The notes under the pieces: model-generated | Told to the model about the DNA's origin: nothing | What the model saw: the letters and a program-made list of their open reading frames with translations, nothing else | Databases searched by the model: none | Program-made: the position numbers and the translations under genes | NCBI RefSeq assembly: GCF_963921235.1 | Contig: NC_086097.1 | Location: forward strand, 59,894,001 to 59,958,000 | Direction: 5' to 3' | Length of the DNA: 64,000 nt | Origin: Mobula hypostoma | Taxonomy: Eukaryota | In this document: positions 1 through 12,274 of the stretch, one piece after another | How the letters are laid out: each line of letters opens with the position of its first letter | Numbering within the stretch: the stretch's first letter is position 1

Positions 1-84
1 AGATCCTCACACTGTTGACGAAGTAGCTGTCAAATTCCTGAACACACATCCAGCACAAAATAGCCCCTCACATCCTACTCAGAA

Positions 85-660
85 ACACAAGATGCCAGAA
101 ATCCAGAGCACATACACAAGACATTGTAAGAACTCAGCAGGTCAGGCAGCGTCTATGGAAGTAAATACACAGTCGATGTTTCGGGCTGAGTCCCTTCATC
201 AGGGCTGGAAAGGAAGGAGAAAGATGCCCGAACAAGAAGGTGAGGGAGGAGGACAAGCTAGAAGGTGATAGGTGATGTCATGTGGGTGGGGGGAACGAAG
301 TAAAAGTTGGGAGGTGATAAGTGGAAAAGCTAAAGAGCTGGAGAAAAAGCATTCTGATCGGAGAGGAGAATGGATCATGGGAGAAGGGAAAGAAGAAGAG
401 GAAACAGGTGGACGTGATAGGTGAGCAGAAGAGGTAAGAGGCCAGAATGAAGAATTGAAGAAGAGGGAAGGGGGAGCGTGTAAAAAATTACCAGAAATTG
501 GAGAGGTCGGTGTTCATGTCATCAGGTTGGAGGCTACCTGGATGAAATATGATGTGTTGCTCCTCCAAACTAAGAGAGGCCTTATTGTGACAGAAGAGGA
601 GACCATCATGTCCAAATAGGAATAGGGATAGGAATTAAAATAGTTGGCCATCAGTGAATC
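85..660 (-). mobile_element. Penelope-like element 3' fragment: C-terminus of GIY-YIG endonuclease plus pseudo-LTR
   Basis: Minus strand 598-488 reads LFCHNKASLSLEEQHIIFHPGSLQPDDMNTDLSNFW*, matching the LEEQHLIFRLGxLQPxGxN end of PLE endonucleases. It is followed by a pyrimidine-rich UTR and a decayed hammerhead (ctgatga agggactcagccc gaaacatc, 171-205). Confidence 0.85.
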
Positions 661-1646
661 TCATTTTTTGTGGCTGGAATAATGTGATTCCTCAGCTATA
701 AATCACATGAGAATATCTTAGAGTGAAAAATATAACTGCTGTTTCACCCTGGAAGACAAAGTTTATGTATGTAGATAGCATTGTTTAAATACTACAAAGA
801 ACCGAGCTGTCTTTTTTTGAAACATCCTTTCATAGCCAAGAGAGAAGTAAGCATTTTATTCAGCTGGTCAAGTCTGGCTTTGAACAGAGGTATCAGAGAT
901 TTAAAAATTTGCTCTATTATATATTTTACTGTCGAATCATACATAATGATGAACCTTTCCCTTCTGTGAAACAGCAGTCTCAGGATCTGACAGAAGAACA
1001 GATCAAAATTGTGATAGAATTCACGTACTCAATTACAAGGTCTTAAGTACGTGGAAAGTCATTGTGTTTTATTCTAATTTTGCACATGTTCAATAAATCA
1101 CACATTATTAAGTCAGTACCTATGAAGGTTTATTACTGTCACATGTACCAAGATATAGCCAAAAGCTGGATTCAGTGACATTATTGGAATATTGTTTAAA
1201 AACATGCAAGTAATAACTTGGGAAGATTTTGTAACAATACAAAGCATGATGTTAAACAGGTAATCCAGTGATCATAAACAAGTACAGTAAAAATGCAACC
1301 TCTCTCATGGGTTTTGATAAATCATCAGGAGAAATGATTTGAACTGTAGACCTGCCTGAACAAGTCTAGAATTAAATTGATTTTACTACAGAGAATCTGA
1401 ATAAGCATATTGGATGAATCCATTCTTCCTGGAGAAAAGAATGAGAACATTTTAGTACTTTATTCCTCAATTATTCTGAAAGCTGAAAGACAAATGACTT
1501 GCATAGTGTTCAATAGGTAATTAGATTTAAATTAATTTTGTATTGGGAAGCTGAAATTTTATGAGGTTGTTTATGACTGGAAGAACTTCAATAAAATGAC
1601 TTGCTTTTACAGTAAATAAAAAAATAACATTAATTTGAATAATATT

Positions 1647-1785
1647 AGACCATAAGACCATAAGATGTTGGAGCAGAAATAGGGCACTTGGCCCATCAAG
1701 TCTGATTCACTATTCCATCATGGCTGATTTATTATCCCTCTCAACCCCATTCTCCAGCCTTGCCCTGTAATCTTTGACACCCTGG
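1647..1785 (-). mobile_element. CR1 LINE 3' tail fragment
   Basis: agaccata x2 tail plus 3'UTR similar to the CR1 copies at 8573 and 43402. Confidence 0.65.
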
Positions 1786-2513
1786 TGCTGATATTTAGAT
1801 ACTTTTATGTTGACAGAAGATAGTTATATTAAATGGATATTTCTTCAGTCTACAATGGAAATGCACAACATCTGTGTACTACTAAAACTCTCATGTTCTG
1901 CTTGTCTGTTTGTGATCTCCAATTAGCGCAAACTGTGCATTACAAGGGCACTATTTTTGGCTAAATTGACTTAAAATGCGCTAACTTACAGAATGCAGGC
2001 AAAGTTCAGGGTTATATATTCATTAAAAATTGCTCACTCGCCTAAATCGACAGCCCCGCTTTCACCCAAGAGTCGATGTCAGCCATGATGTAAACCTCAA
2101 CATGACACCACGACACATGCGCATGGCCAGCCTCAGAAGCAACTCACGATGCTCACAGCAGTGACACCAACTGGAGCAAAAGGGCAGGGCAGCTCTATTT
2201 CAAGTGGTCACATTCTGCTAATCACCATCAGCATGTGCAGGATTGAGACAGATCTAACTGCCACCCATCAATAAGAGATAATTAAATATTATTGTAATGA
2301 TGTATTTGAAGATGCCCATCAAACCCTTTGCTTCAGTCAAAGGGCAACAGTAACTATATCACATCCATTTAGGAGAGTGCCAACCACATCATCAAGAATA
2401 ATCCGCATCCTGGAGGGTTTGGTGTTACTGCTTCGTATCTTCTGTCCAGCATTAGGGTAAAAAAAATATGGTCAGCCTAATTAAGCCACGTGGAAAGAGA
2501 AGGTGGACATTAT

Positions 2514-4197
2514 AGAAACATAGAAACATAGAAAATAGGTGCAGGAGTAGGCCATTCGGCCCTTCGAGCCTGCACCGCCATTTATTATTATCATGGCTGA
2601 TCATCCAACTCAGAACCCTCCCCCAGCCTTCCCTCCATTCCCCCTGACCCCCGTAGCCACAAGGGCCATATCTAACTCCCTCTTAAATATAGCCAATGAA
2701 CTGGCCTCAACTGTTTCCTGTGGCAGAGAATTCCACAGATTCACCACTCTCTGTGTGAAGAAGTTTTTCCTAATCTCGGTCCTAAAAGGCTTCCCCTTTA
2801 TCCTCAAACTGTGACCCCTCGTTCTGGACTTCCCCAACATCGGGAACAATCTTCCTGCATCTAGCCTGTCCAATCCCTTTAGGATTTTATACGTTTCAAT
2901 CAGATCCCCCCTCAATCTTCTAAATTCCAACGAGTACAAGCCCAGTTCATCCAGTCTTTCTTCATATGAAAGTCCTGCCATCCCAGGAATCAATCTGGTG
3001 AACCTTCTTTGTACTCCCTCTATGGCAAGGATGTCTTTCCTCAGATTAGGGGACCAAAACTGCACACAATACTCCAGGTGTGGTCTCACCAAGGCCTTGT
3101 ACAACTGCAGTAGTACCTCCCTGCTCCTGAACTCGAATCCTCTTGCTATAAATGCCAGCATACCATTCGCCTTTTTCACCGCCTGCTGTACCTGCATGCC
3201 TACTTTCAATGACTGGTGTATAATGACACCGAGGTCTCGTTGCACCTCCCCTTTTCCGAATCGGCCACCATTCAGATAATAATCTGTTTTCCTATTTTTG
3301 CCACCAAAGTGGATAAATTCACATTTATCCACATTAAATTGCATCTGCCATGAATTTGCCCACTCACCCAACCTATCCAAGTCACTCTGCATCCTCTTAG
3401 CATCCTCCTCACAGCTAACACTGCCACCCAGCTTCGTGTCATCCGCAAACTTGGAGATGCTGCATTTAATTCCCTCATCCAAGTCATTAATATATATTGT
3501 AAACAACTGGGGTCCCAGCACTGAGCCTTGCGGTACCCCACTAGTCACAGCCTGCCATTCTGAAAAGGTCCCGTTTATTCCCACTCTTTGCTTCCTGTCT
3601 GCTAACCAATTCTCTATCCACATCAATACCTTACCCCCAATACTGTGTGCTTTAAGTTTGCACACTAATCTCCTGTGTGGGACCTTGTCAAAAGCCTTTT
3701 GAAAATCCAAATATGCCACATCCACTGGTTCTCCCCTATCCACTCTACTAGTTACATCCTCAAACAATTCTATGAGATTCGTCAGACATGATTTTCCTTT
3801 CACAAATCCATGCTGACTTTGTCCGATGATTTCACCGCTTTCCAAATCTGTTGCTATCACATCTTTGATAACTGACTCCAGCAGTTTCTCCACCACCGAC
3901 GTTAGGCTAACCGGTCTATAATTCCCCGGTTTCTCTCTCCCTCCTTTTTTAAAAAGTGGGGTTACATTAGCCACCCTCCAATCCTCAGAAACTAGTCCAG
4001 AATCTAACGAGTTTTGAAAAATTATCACTAATGCATCCACTATTTCTTGGGCTACTTCCTTAAGCACTCTGGGATGCAGACCATCTGGCCCTGGGGATTT
4101 ACCTGCCTTCAATCCCTTCAATTTACCTAACACCACTCCCCTACTAACATGTATTTCGCTCAGTTCCTCCATCTCACTGGACCCTCTGTCCCCTACT
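2514..4197 (-). mobile_element. Young 5'-truncated CR1 LINE inserted in the Helitron
   Basis: (tttctatg)n tail; TSD attat at 2509-2513 and 4198-4202; open RT frame. Confidence 0.95.
2610..4197 (-). CDS. CR1 ORF2 partial: reverse transcriptase and C-terminus, 5'-truncated
   Basis: KSPGPDG, NYRPVSLTS, YLDFQKAFDKVPH, GVPQGSVLGP and KFADDTK motifs, uninterrupted over about 530 codons. The ORF-track N-terminus (4198-4283) is flanking Helitron sequence. Confidence 0.9.
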
Positions 4198-5219
4198 ATT
4201 ATGGTCAAGAGGTGGTGCCAAACGTCATCAGGAAGCAGCAAGGAGAGGGAGAGAACAAGGATTGGATGTGGCCAGGGCCGCATGACTCCAGGATAAAAGA
4301 GTCAGGACAAAAAAGATGAGATAAGAAGAGACAGAGGAGCTGAGAAATGCATGTCTCCAGGATCAGAGACAAAAACAAACAGCAGAAGAGATGAAGAGAT
4401 GGCGGATGAAAGGGCTGCACATCTCCAGAATGACAAAAACAGGCGCAGAAGGAGGAGAGAGGAAGAGACAAAGGAGCAGAGAAATTTATGTCTGCAAGAT
4501 CAGAGACAAAGAATAAACAGCAGAAGAGATGAAGAGACAGCGGATGAAAGGACTGCACATCTCCAGATAATATTGATAATAATGACAACAAGAGGCACAA
4601 GGGTGGCAGATCAACCAGAAATGATGCCATCAAAAGTGTCCTTCGTTAAATGAGGAGAAGCTATATTTGCCTTGCTATGCGTCGTTCTTCTTTAATAAAC
4701 TGAAGGTTTCTTCTTCAATTTTCAAAACAAAGCAATACCAATAGCATTCAGGAAAATTTAATGTTCATTCTGTTCACATCAGACTGCACTACCCTTATCT
4801 CAAAGAGTGCCTTAATGGGTCACCCTGTTGTCTAGTTAAATATGTTTTCATATAAATTAATAGTCTCTGAAAGGACTTTGAAGAGTCTACACAACCTTAG
4901 CACAAGTTTATTTGCCTTATGTGAGTATAAACATATCTAGCATAAGCCAAATAAGGAGTAGCTATAGATATGTTTCCCTCGATGTGTAATTTGTTGGCTA
5001 AGCTTTGTCATACCAATGCCACAGTAGTATCACTCCAGTGTTATCTGACAGGACTTCAGTTGCTGAAATGCTAGACAATTTCTAGTTTGCATTTTGTTCA
5101 TCAAATGATAATAGCATATGTGACATCCTTTTACAACTTACAAAGACAGGTGACTTCTCAATTATTTTCTTGATTAATTTGAAAATATACTGACACAATT
5201 AAAACCTCTGAAATTTAGA

Positions 5220-5515
5220 AAGGGCTTTGTAAAGGGTTCTCCCATTGTAATCTGCAGACCACCTCCTTACTACTGTTTGAGGTTCTGTATATAACCCCCA
5301 GGGTCTTTTTACCCTTGCAGTTGCTTGGCTCTACCCACAACGATTCAACACCTTCTGACCCAATGTCATCTCTTTCTAATGATTTGATTTAATTTTTTGC
5401 CAACAAAGCCACGCCACCCCCTTTGCCTACCTGCCTGTCCTTTCATTACAATGTGTATCCTTGAACATTAAGCTCCCAGCTATAACCTGCTTTCAGCCTT
5501 GATTCTGTGATGCCG
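5220..5515 (-). mobile_element. Degraded CR1 endonuclease-region fragment
   Basis: Similar to the APE-coding part of the CR1 at 17700-17930. Confidence 0.55.
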
Positions 5516-5529
5516 ACATGCCAAAGTCA

Positions 5530-5840
5530 TGGAGAAATATAATGTGGAAGCAAGCTCTTTGACCCATTCATACTGACCATCAACTATCCATTTACACTAA
5601 TCATACATCAGTCTCCACATCCTCATCAACTCAACCAGATTCTAAAACTTACCTATATACTAAAGGAAATCTACAGAATCCTATTAAGCTGCAAACCCTT
5701 ATGTCTTTGGCACATGTTAGGAACTGGAGAGCCCAGAAGAAATTATATGATTACAGAGAAAACAAGCAAACTCCACACAGAGAGCATTCGATGTCTCTGG
5801 ATTTAAGAGGCAGCAGCTCTACTGGCTGATCCACTGTGGT
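5530..5840 (-). mobile_element. V-SINE (HE1-like tRNA-derived SINE), degraded
   Basis: Minus strand has the V-domain-like gtgtggagtttgcttgttttctctgt...ttcttctgggctctccagttcct...ccaaagacat and a CR1-like 3' tail. Confidence 0.65.
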
Positions 5841-5990
5841 ACTAAGTTGTTCAGTAGCCCTTCAAACATATTTGAGTAAATAGGTTAAGGTTTATACAAT
5901 CTCTGTTGATGTCCTTGAAATTCCTGGCTTTTATTTTCAACACACATAGTTCTGTTCAGATGTTGGAACAGAAATTTTAATGCATGTTAT

Positions 5991-6968
5991 TTAGATTAGA
6001 TTAGATTCAACTTTATTGCCATTATGCCAAGTACAGATACAAAGCCAATGAAATGCAATTAGCATCTGACCAGAAATGCAAAAGAATAGTATTACAAAAT
6101 AACAGCAAATAAAAAGTAAGTGCTACAGCATACAAATATAAAAGTACTGAGACAGTCCAATATGGGTGCAATACTGCTTAGCGCTCTGACGTGAGGTTCA
6201 GCAGAGTCACAGGCTCAGGGAAGAAGCTCCTCCTGCGCCTTCTGGTGTGGGAGCAGAGGCTCCTGTAGTGCCTAGAGGATGGGAGGAGAGTAAAAAAGTC
6301 CATGGTTAGGGTGAGATGCATCCTTGATAATGCCTTTCGCACTGCTCAGGCAGTGTTTATGGTAGATGTTCTCAATGGTGGACAAGTGGGTGCCAATAAT
6401 CTGCTGGGCAGTTTTCACCACCTGCTGGAGTGTTTTGTGGTCCAATACAGTGGTAAAAGTCCGTCAATATCCTGGGACAGAGGTGAGCTTTCTTGATGCT
6501 CCGCAGGAAATAAAGACGCTGTTGCGCCTTTTTGATCAGGATGGAGGAGTTCAGGGACCAGGTGAGATAATCAGAAATGTGGACACCAAGGAATTTGAAG
6601 CTTGATACACGCTCCACTTCAGCTCCGTTGATGTAGATGGGGATATGAGTGTGCCTCCTAGCATGCCTGAAGTTCACAATGATCTCCTTGGTCTTCTAGG
6701 TGTTAAGGGCCACGTTGTTAACGGCACACCACGCAGCCAGGTGCTGGACCTCATCCCTGTAGGCCATCTCGTCATCCCCTCTGATCAGGCCAGCCACTGT
6801 GGTGTCATCTGCGAACTTGATTATGGAGTTAGAACCATGTACAGGGACACAGTCACAGGTGAAAAGGGAGTATAGAAGAGGGCTCAGCACACAGCCTTGA
6901 GGCACGCCGGTATTCAGGGTGAGAATGGAGGAGAAGAGGTTGTCTAACTTAACAGATTGGGGTCTGTT
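5991..6968 (-). mobile_element. Rex1/Babar LINE 3' fragment
   Basis: GVPQGCVLSPLLYSLFT, IIKFADDTTV and FKFLGVHIS motifs; (tctaa)n tail at 5991-6007; internal deletions. Confidence 0.9.
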
Positions 6969-7029
6969 ACATTGTATCACAGAGATAAATTGATGAAATC
7001 CTTCACATAAAACTTTTGACTCAAGTTGA

Positions 7030-7915
7030 AACTCATGGAATTGTCCTGAACTGTAAGATGGCAGAGTCATAGGAAACAGAATTAAGATAACAGACAAGCA
7101 CAATAGCAGATTGTGATTAATGAGTCCTTCAAGGATCTGTATTGGGATTGCACCTATTCATTATGTCTCGTGATGAGATGGAATGTCACCTTTAGAATGA
7201 TGTTAGGAAATGTGGAGTATGGGGTAAAGGTGGGACGCTTGGCAGTATGGAGGAACAGAGTCTATTGATACCTCAAAATTGATACACAAGTTGATAGAGT
7301 AGTTAAGAAGGCCTATAGCTGGACATTGAGTTCAAGAGCTATAAAATTCTGATTAGACCACAATGAAGTATTGTGTTCAGGTTGGTTTTCCTCAATGTAG
7401 GAAGATGTGGAAGCTTTAGAGAAGGTATAGAGGCGATGTACCTAGATGCTGTCTGGATTAGAGAGTATGTTTTATGAGGAAAGGTTGATGAGTTAGGACC
7501 TTCTACTTTGGAGTGAAGGAAGTTGAAAGGTGACTTGCTGGAGGTGTATTTGATTATGAGAGGCATAGACAGAATGGACAGCCAGAACCCTTTACCAGGG
7601 TGGTATGGCCAATACTAGAAGATATCAGTTTCAGGTGAGTAGAGGAAAGATTAAAGATGTCTGAGGTAGGTTTATTACACAGAGAGTTATAAGTGCCTGG
7701 AAGGCACTGGAACACCTGGAGTGCCTGGTGGTGGTAGAGGCTGATACATTCGGGATAGCTAAGAGACTCTTAGATAGACACATTGATGTAAGCAAATTAT
7801 AGGGTTATGGACTGTGTGCAAAATAAAAGTTAGTTTGATCATGGAGTAGGTTTATATAGATCAGAACAACATTATGATTTGAAGGGCCCATACTGTATTT
7901 CAGACTATGTTCTAT
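7030..7915 (+). mobile_element. Degraded CR1 3' fragment
   Basis: Decayed EYCVQFW / RRFTRMLPGL coding sequence, ending in a ctatgttctat tail. Confidence 0.8.
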
Positions 7916-8572
7916 AGTTAAGTGTGTGATGTAGATGGAAGCACTGAATTGGAGACTAATAAACTGAAGAAATGAGCAAATACTGTACAAAAGTACATCG
8001 GAATGGGCTTATCTGCTTTATAATCCAAGGAAAGATAGAACAAGCTATACTATTAATGGAGGCAGTCTTGTTTCTTTGAATAGACTGGTGCAGAAGATAA
8101 TTTAAAAACCAACAAAATAATAGCTTTTATGTCTTAAAGTTGTCTTTAAGAGGATAATATTTTGAAGCTCCAACATAGAAACAAGGTCAAGCAAGGTCTC
8201 AAGAAATTTGGTATTCCAAGTTGCATCCTGAGAGAGTTCTAATTACATCTGCTCAGTCTGATGAGTGCAGGTCAATGTTGATACAGTCACAAAAGTGCCC
8301 AAGATGGCACTTGTATCATTGTCTGATACAAGGAAAATGCCAGAAGCATTCAACAAATCAGACAGCAGGAAAGAGTTGGATCAATGTTTCTTGTTAATGA
8401 TCTTTCATTGGAGTTGGAAAATTGAGAAAACAGGCACTGTAAGGAAAAGAGCTGTAAAAGGAATGTTAACATAAGAGTCTGCAAATGCTAGAACCTGGAG
8501 CAATGCTCAAGGCAATGGAGGAATTCAATAGGTCAGGGAGCATCAACGCACCAAAGTGGACAGTAGACAGTT

Positions 8573-10440
8573 AGACCATAAGACCATAAGGCATAGCAGC
8601 GGAATTAAGCCATTCAGCCCACTGAGTCTCTCTGCCATTCCATCATGGCTGATCCCAGATCCCACTTAACTGCATACACCTGCCTTCTTGCCATATCCTT
8701 TGATGCCCTGACTGATCAGGAAGCTATCAACTTCCAGCTTAAATATACCCACAGACTTGGCCTCCACTGCAATCTGTGGCAGAGCATTTCACAGATTCAC
8801 TACTGTCTGGCTAAAAAACACCTCCTTACCTCTGTTCTAAAAGGTCGCCCCTCAATTTTGAGGTCGTGCCCTCTAGTCCTGGATCCCCACGCATTCTTCT
8901 AAATTCTGGTGAGTACAGGCCCAAAGCTGCGAAATGTTCCTCATATGTTAACCCTTTCATTTCTTGAATCATCCTCGTGAACCTCCTCTGAACTTTCTCC
9001 AATGACAACACATCCCTTCTAAGATATTGGGCCCAAAACTGTTGGCAGTACTCCAAGTGTGGCCTGGCTAGTGTCTTAAAAAGCTTCAGTGTTTTCTCCT
9101 TGCTTTTATATTCTATTCCCCTTGACATAAATGTCAACATTGCATTTGCCTTTTTTTCAACCACAGACTCAACCTATAAATTAAGTTCTGGGAGTCGTGC
9201 ATGAGGGCTCCGAAATCCCTCCGTACCTCTGATGTTTGAACTTTCTTGCCATTTAGATAATAGTCTACACAATTGTTCCTTTTACCAAAATGCATTTTCA
9301 TACATTTCCAAGCACTGCATTCCATCTGCCACCTTTTTGCCCATTCTTCTAATCTGTCTAAGTCTTGCTGCAATCACAATGCTTCCTCAGCGTGACTTAG
9401 CCCTCCACCTATCTTCATATCTTTCACTAACGGTGCCACAAAGTCATCAATTCCATTATCTAAATAATTAAAAAAGCTGAGATTAGATTAACTGGCCTAT
9501 ATTTTCTTTCTTTTGCATTCTTCCCTTCTTAAAGAATGGAGTGACATTTGCAATATTCCAGTCTTCTGGGACCATGCCACAATCAAGTGATTTTTGAAAG
9601 ATCATGACCATGCAACCTATCTCAGGACTCGGGGATATAGTCTGTTTGCTCCAGGTGACTTATTCACCTTAAAACATCGGAGTTTGCCTAACACTTTTTC
9701 CTTTGCAATAGCAATTACACTCACTCTTGCTCCCTGACACTCACGGACCTCTGGCACTCTGCTAGTGTCTTCCACAGTGAGGACTGATACAAAGTACCCA
9801 ATAAGTTCAACTGCCACTTCTTTGTCCCCATTACTACTTCTCCAGCATCATTTTCTGGTGGTTCAATATCAACTCTCACCTCCCTTTTACTGTTTATATA
9901 ACTGAAAATAACTTTTAGTACCCTACTTTATATTATTGGCTAGTTTTCCCTCATATTTCATCTTCTCCATTCTTAGTTTTTTTAGTTGCCTTTTGTTGGA
10001 TTTTAAAAGCCCAATCATCCAACTTCCAACAAACAAGAGAAAATTAGCAGTTGCTGGACATCCAAGCAACACAAGCACAAAGCTCTGAAGGAACTCACCA
10101 GGCGAGGCTGCATCAATGGAAAAGAGTATTGATGATGTTTGGGGCCAAAACCCTTCAGCAGGACTGGAGAAAAAAAGCTGAGGAGTAGATTTAAAAGGTG
10201 GGGGGGTGGAGGGGAGAGAGAAATACAAGATGATAGGTGAAAACTGAAGAGGGAGGGATGAAGTAAAGACCTTGGAAGTTGATAGTTGAAAGAGGCAGAA
10301 GGCCATCACTCACTTTTGCTACCTTATATGGCCTTTCCTTGGCTTTTATACAATCCTTAACTTCCCTTGTTAGCCACAAATGCTTTAACCTCCCATCTGA
10401 GAATTTCTTCTTCTGTGGGACATATCTATCTTGTGCCTTG
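8573..10440 (-). mobile_element. Degraded CR1 LINE with internal deletions
   Basis: ORF2 fragments RPHLEYCQQFW, QQDLDRLEEWA and KSPGANRLYPRVL; agaccata tail. Confidence 0.9.
10028..10304 (-). mobile_element. Penelope pseudo-LTR inserted in CR1, hammerhead degenerate
   Basis: Same family as 85-480; minus strand agtcctgctgaagggttttggccccaaacatc has a mutated core. Confidence 0.8.
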
Positions 10441-10951
10441 TGAACAAAGCACAAGTTACTAGAGGAACTCCAGCTGATCAGGAAGCATCTGTGGAGTAAA
10501 AGCATGGTAAAATCCCATTGCACCCCTTCCCCTCCAACTAATCATGCTGACCTTTCTTACACACCTCTCTTTTCTTTAACCATTTACTCTCAGTCCTCAT
10601 GCAGGATCTCGACATGCCTTTGTCTCTGCAGATGCTGTTGCCTGTGTTCCTCCACAGCGTTTTTTTTTTGCCTCATGTTATAAATATTTTGCAGAAATTG
10701 CCATTGACTGATTTAGTCTTTTCAGCTGTCAAATCTTGGATTGCATTTTGCCAGAGAAAAGTGAAGAGGTCAACAGAGCGGATAAAGAAAATGAGAAGAT
10801 TATGAGCCATGGTTGTGGAAGTAGTTGAAAGAAGTGAAGGGGTGGGAATGGGTAATGCAAAGGGCAGACATAAACAATGAAGAGATATATAACGAAATGA
10901 AGAGGTTGGAGGTCAAATTTAGGAGAAGGACACAGCTGAAATCTAAAATCA

Positions 10952-11360
10952 TACTGAGAAAAATGGTTTCACTTTATTAGGTACAACTGTACACCTCGTT
11001 AATACAAATATATAATTAGCTAATCATGTAGTTGCAATTCCATCCAAAAAAGCATGCAGACATCGTGAAGAGTTTCAGTTGTTGTTCAAATCAAATATCA
11101 GAATGGAGAGGAAATGTGATCTATGTGACATTGACTGTGGAATGATTGTTGGTGCCAGGCGGGGTGGATTGAGCATTTCAGAAACTGCTGATCTCCTGGG
11201 ATTTTCATGCACAATAGTGTTTAGAGTTTACAGAGAATGGTATGATAAACAAAAATCATCCATTGAGTGGCATTTCTGTGGGCAAAAATATCTTGCTAAT
11301 GAGAGGTTAGAGGAGAATGGCCAGACTGGTTCAAGATGCAGGAAGGGGACAATAAGTGGG
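10952..11360 (+). mobile_element. Tc1-like transposon 5' remnant
   Basis: TIR-like cactttattaggtaca; transposase HTH N-terminus MERKCDLCDIDCGMIVGARRGGLSISETADLLGFS...VYREW. Confidence 0.85.
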
Positions 11361-11892
11361 ATGTCCTCAGCAGCAAAAGGCCACGGACACTACATTCAGT
11401 GCACAGTTAAAGGTAATTTATTAATTCAATATTGTCCTTTCATGGTGATTTAACCAAATTTTAAAAAGTTGATAATAGTGGTATAAATGAATGAAATAAA
11501 TTAGAAATTTGGCAAAATTAACCAAGTAAAGACGTGGAGTTAACAAATTCAATGGGCTTTACATGAAAGCAAAAACAGTTAGACAAGGTATCAGACAACA
11601 AATTTGATTATTTTTAAAAATGGACTTTAAAGAATATAAGTTTTTAAAAGATGAAGTCTATTCCTCAGAAGATTATTTAATTGAAGTATGACTAAGGGTA
11701 CTATCAGCCTCTTCAGTGAAGAAGGAATGATGCGGCAGCCATTTTCCTTGCTTAAGCTGGGTGATGGGGAGAGGAGCTGCATGGTTGAGTATGATCACTA
11801 TGAAAAAAAGATTGATAGGGCCAAAATATTGTAAGACCAGGTCCCTGCATCAACTAAGGAAGTGAGTTAGTGAGCGAGCCAGACAAATTAGT

Positions 11893-12220
11893 GACACAAG
11901 AGATCTCTGCAGATGCTGGAAATATTCATCAACAAACACACAAAGCTGGAGGAACTCAGCACGTCAGGCAGCATCCATGGAGGGAAATAAACAGTTAACA
12001 CTCTGAGCTGAGGCTTTTCACCAGGACAATAGACAATAGGTGCAGGAGTAGGCCATTCGGCCCTTCGAGCCAGCACCACCATTCACTGTGATCATGGCTG
12101 ATCATCCACTATCAGTATCCAGTTCCTGCCTCAGTTCCTGACTGGAAAGGAAGGGGGCAGAAGGAAGAATAAGCAGGTGGGAGAAGGGGGAGGAGCACAA
12201 CTGGCAGGTGATAGGTAACT
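11893..12220 (-). mobile_element. Penelope pseudo-LTR interrupted by a ~105-bp CR1 3' tail (12026-12131)
   Basis: pLTR sequence breaks at ...caccaggac and resumes at gactggaaagg. The insert matches the CR1 3' end at 61030-61135. Confidence 0.8.
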
Positions 12221-12274
12221 GAGCTAGAATAGCCAAATGGCCAAGACTATCTTTTTAATAAGGAGCAAAGATAT

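Larger units (their letters stand above)
1871..4835 (+). mobile_element. Non-autonomous Helitron (about 1.3 kb once the CR1 is removed) with an STPR-repeat coding remnant
   Basis: 5' end A|TC (1870|1871, tctgtgtactactaaaactc). 3' end is a decayed hairpin (gagtgcc...ggtcaccc) followed by CTAG|T (4832-4835|4836). No TSD. A remnant ORF reads through the excised CR1 (PRGKRRWTL/WSRGGAKRHQEAARR) into ETxExRxxxLQ repeats. Confidence 0.8.

Noticed and set aside
836..846. 11-nt microexon candidate (ttcatag|ccaagagagaa|gtaagc)
   Set aside because: The splice signals are plausible, but the length is not frame-preserving, no neighbouring exons were found, and such matches occur by chance. It needs RNA-seq.
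2463..2479. aaaatatggtcagccta resembling a hAT (Blackjack-type) TIR
   Set aside because: No partner TIR or 8-bp TSD; it lies inside the Helitron just before its ORF remnant.
2610..4283. 557-aa ORF as a host gene with a signal-peptide-like N-terminus
   Set aside because: The first ~28 aa are antisense Helitron sequence fused by chance to a truncated CR1 RT; the TSD marks the junction.
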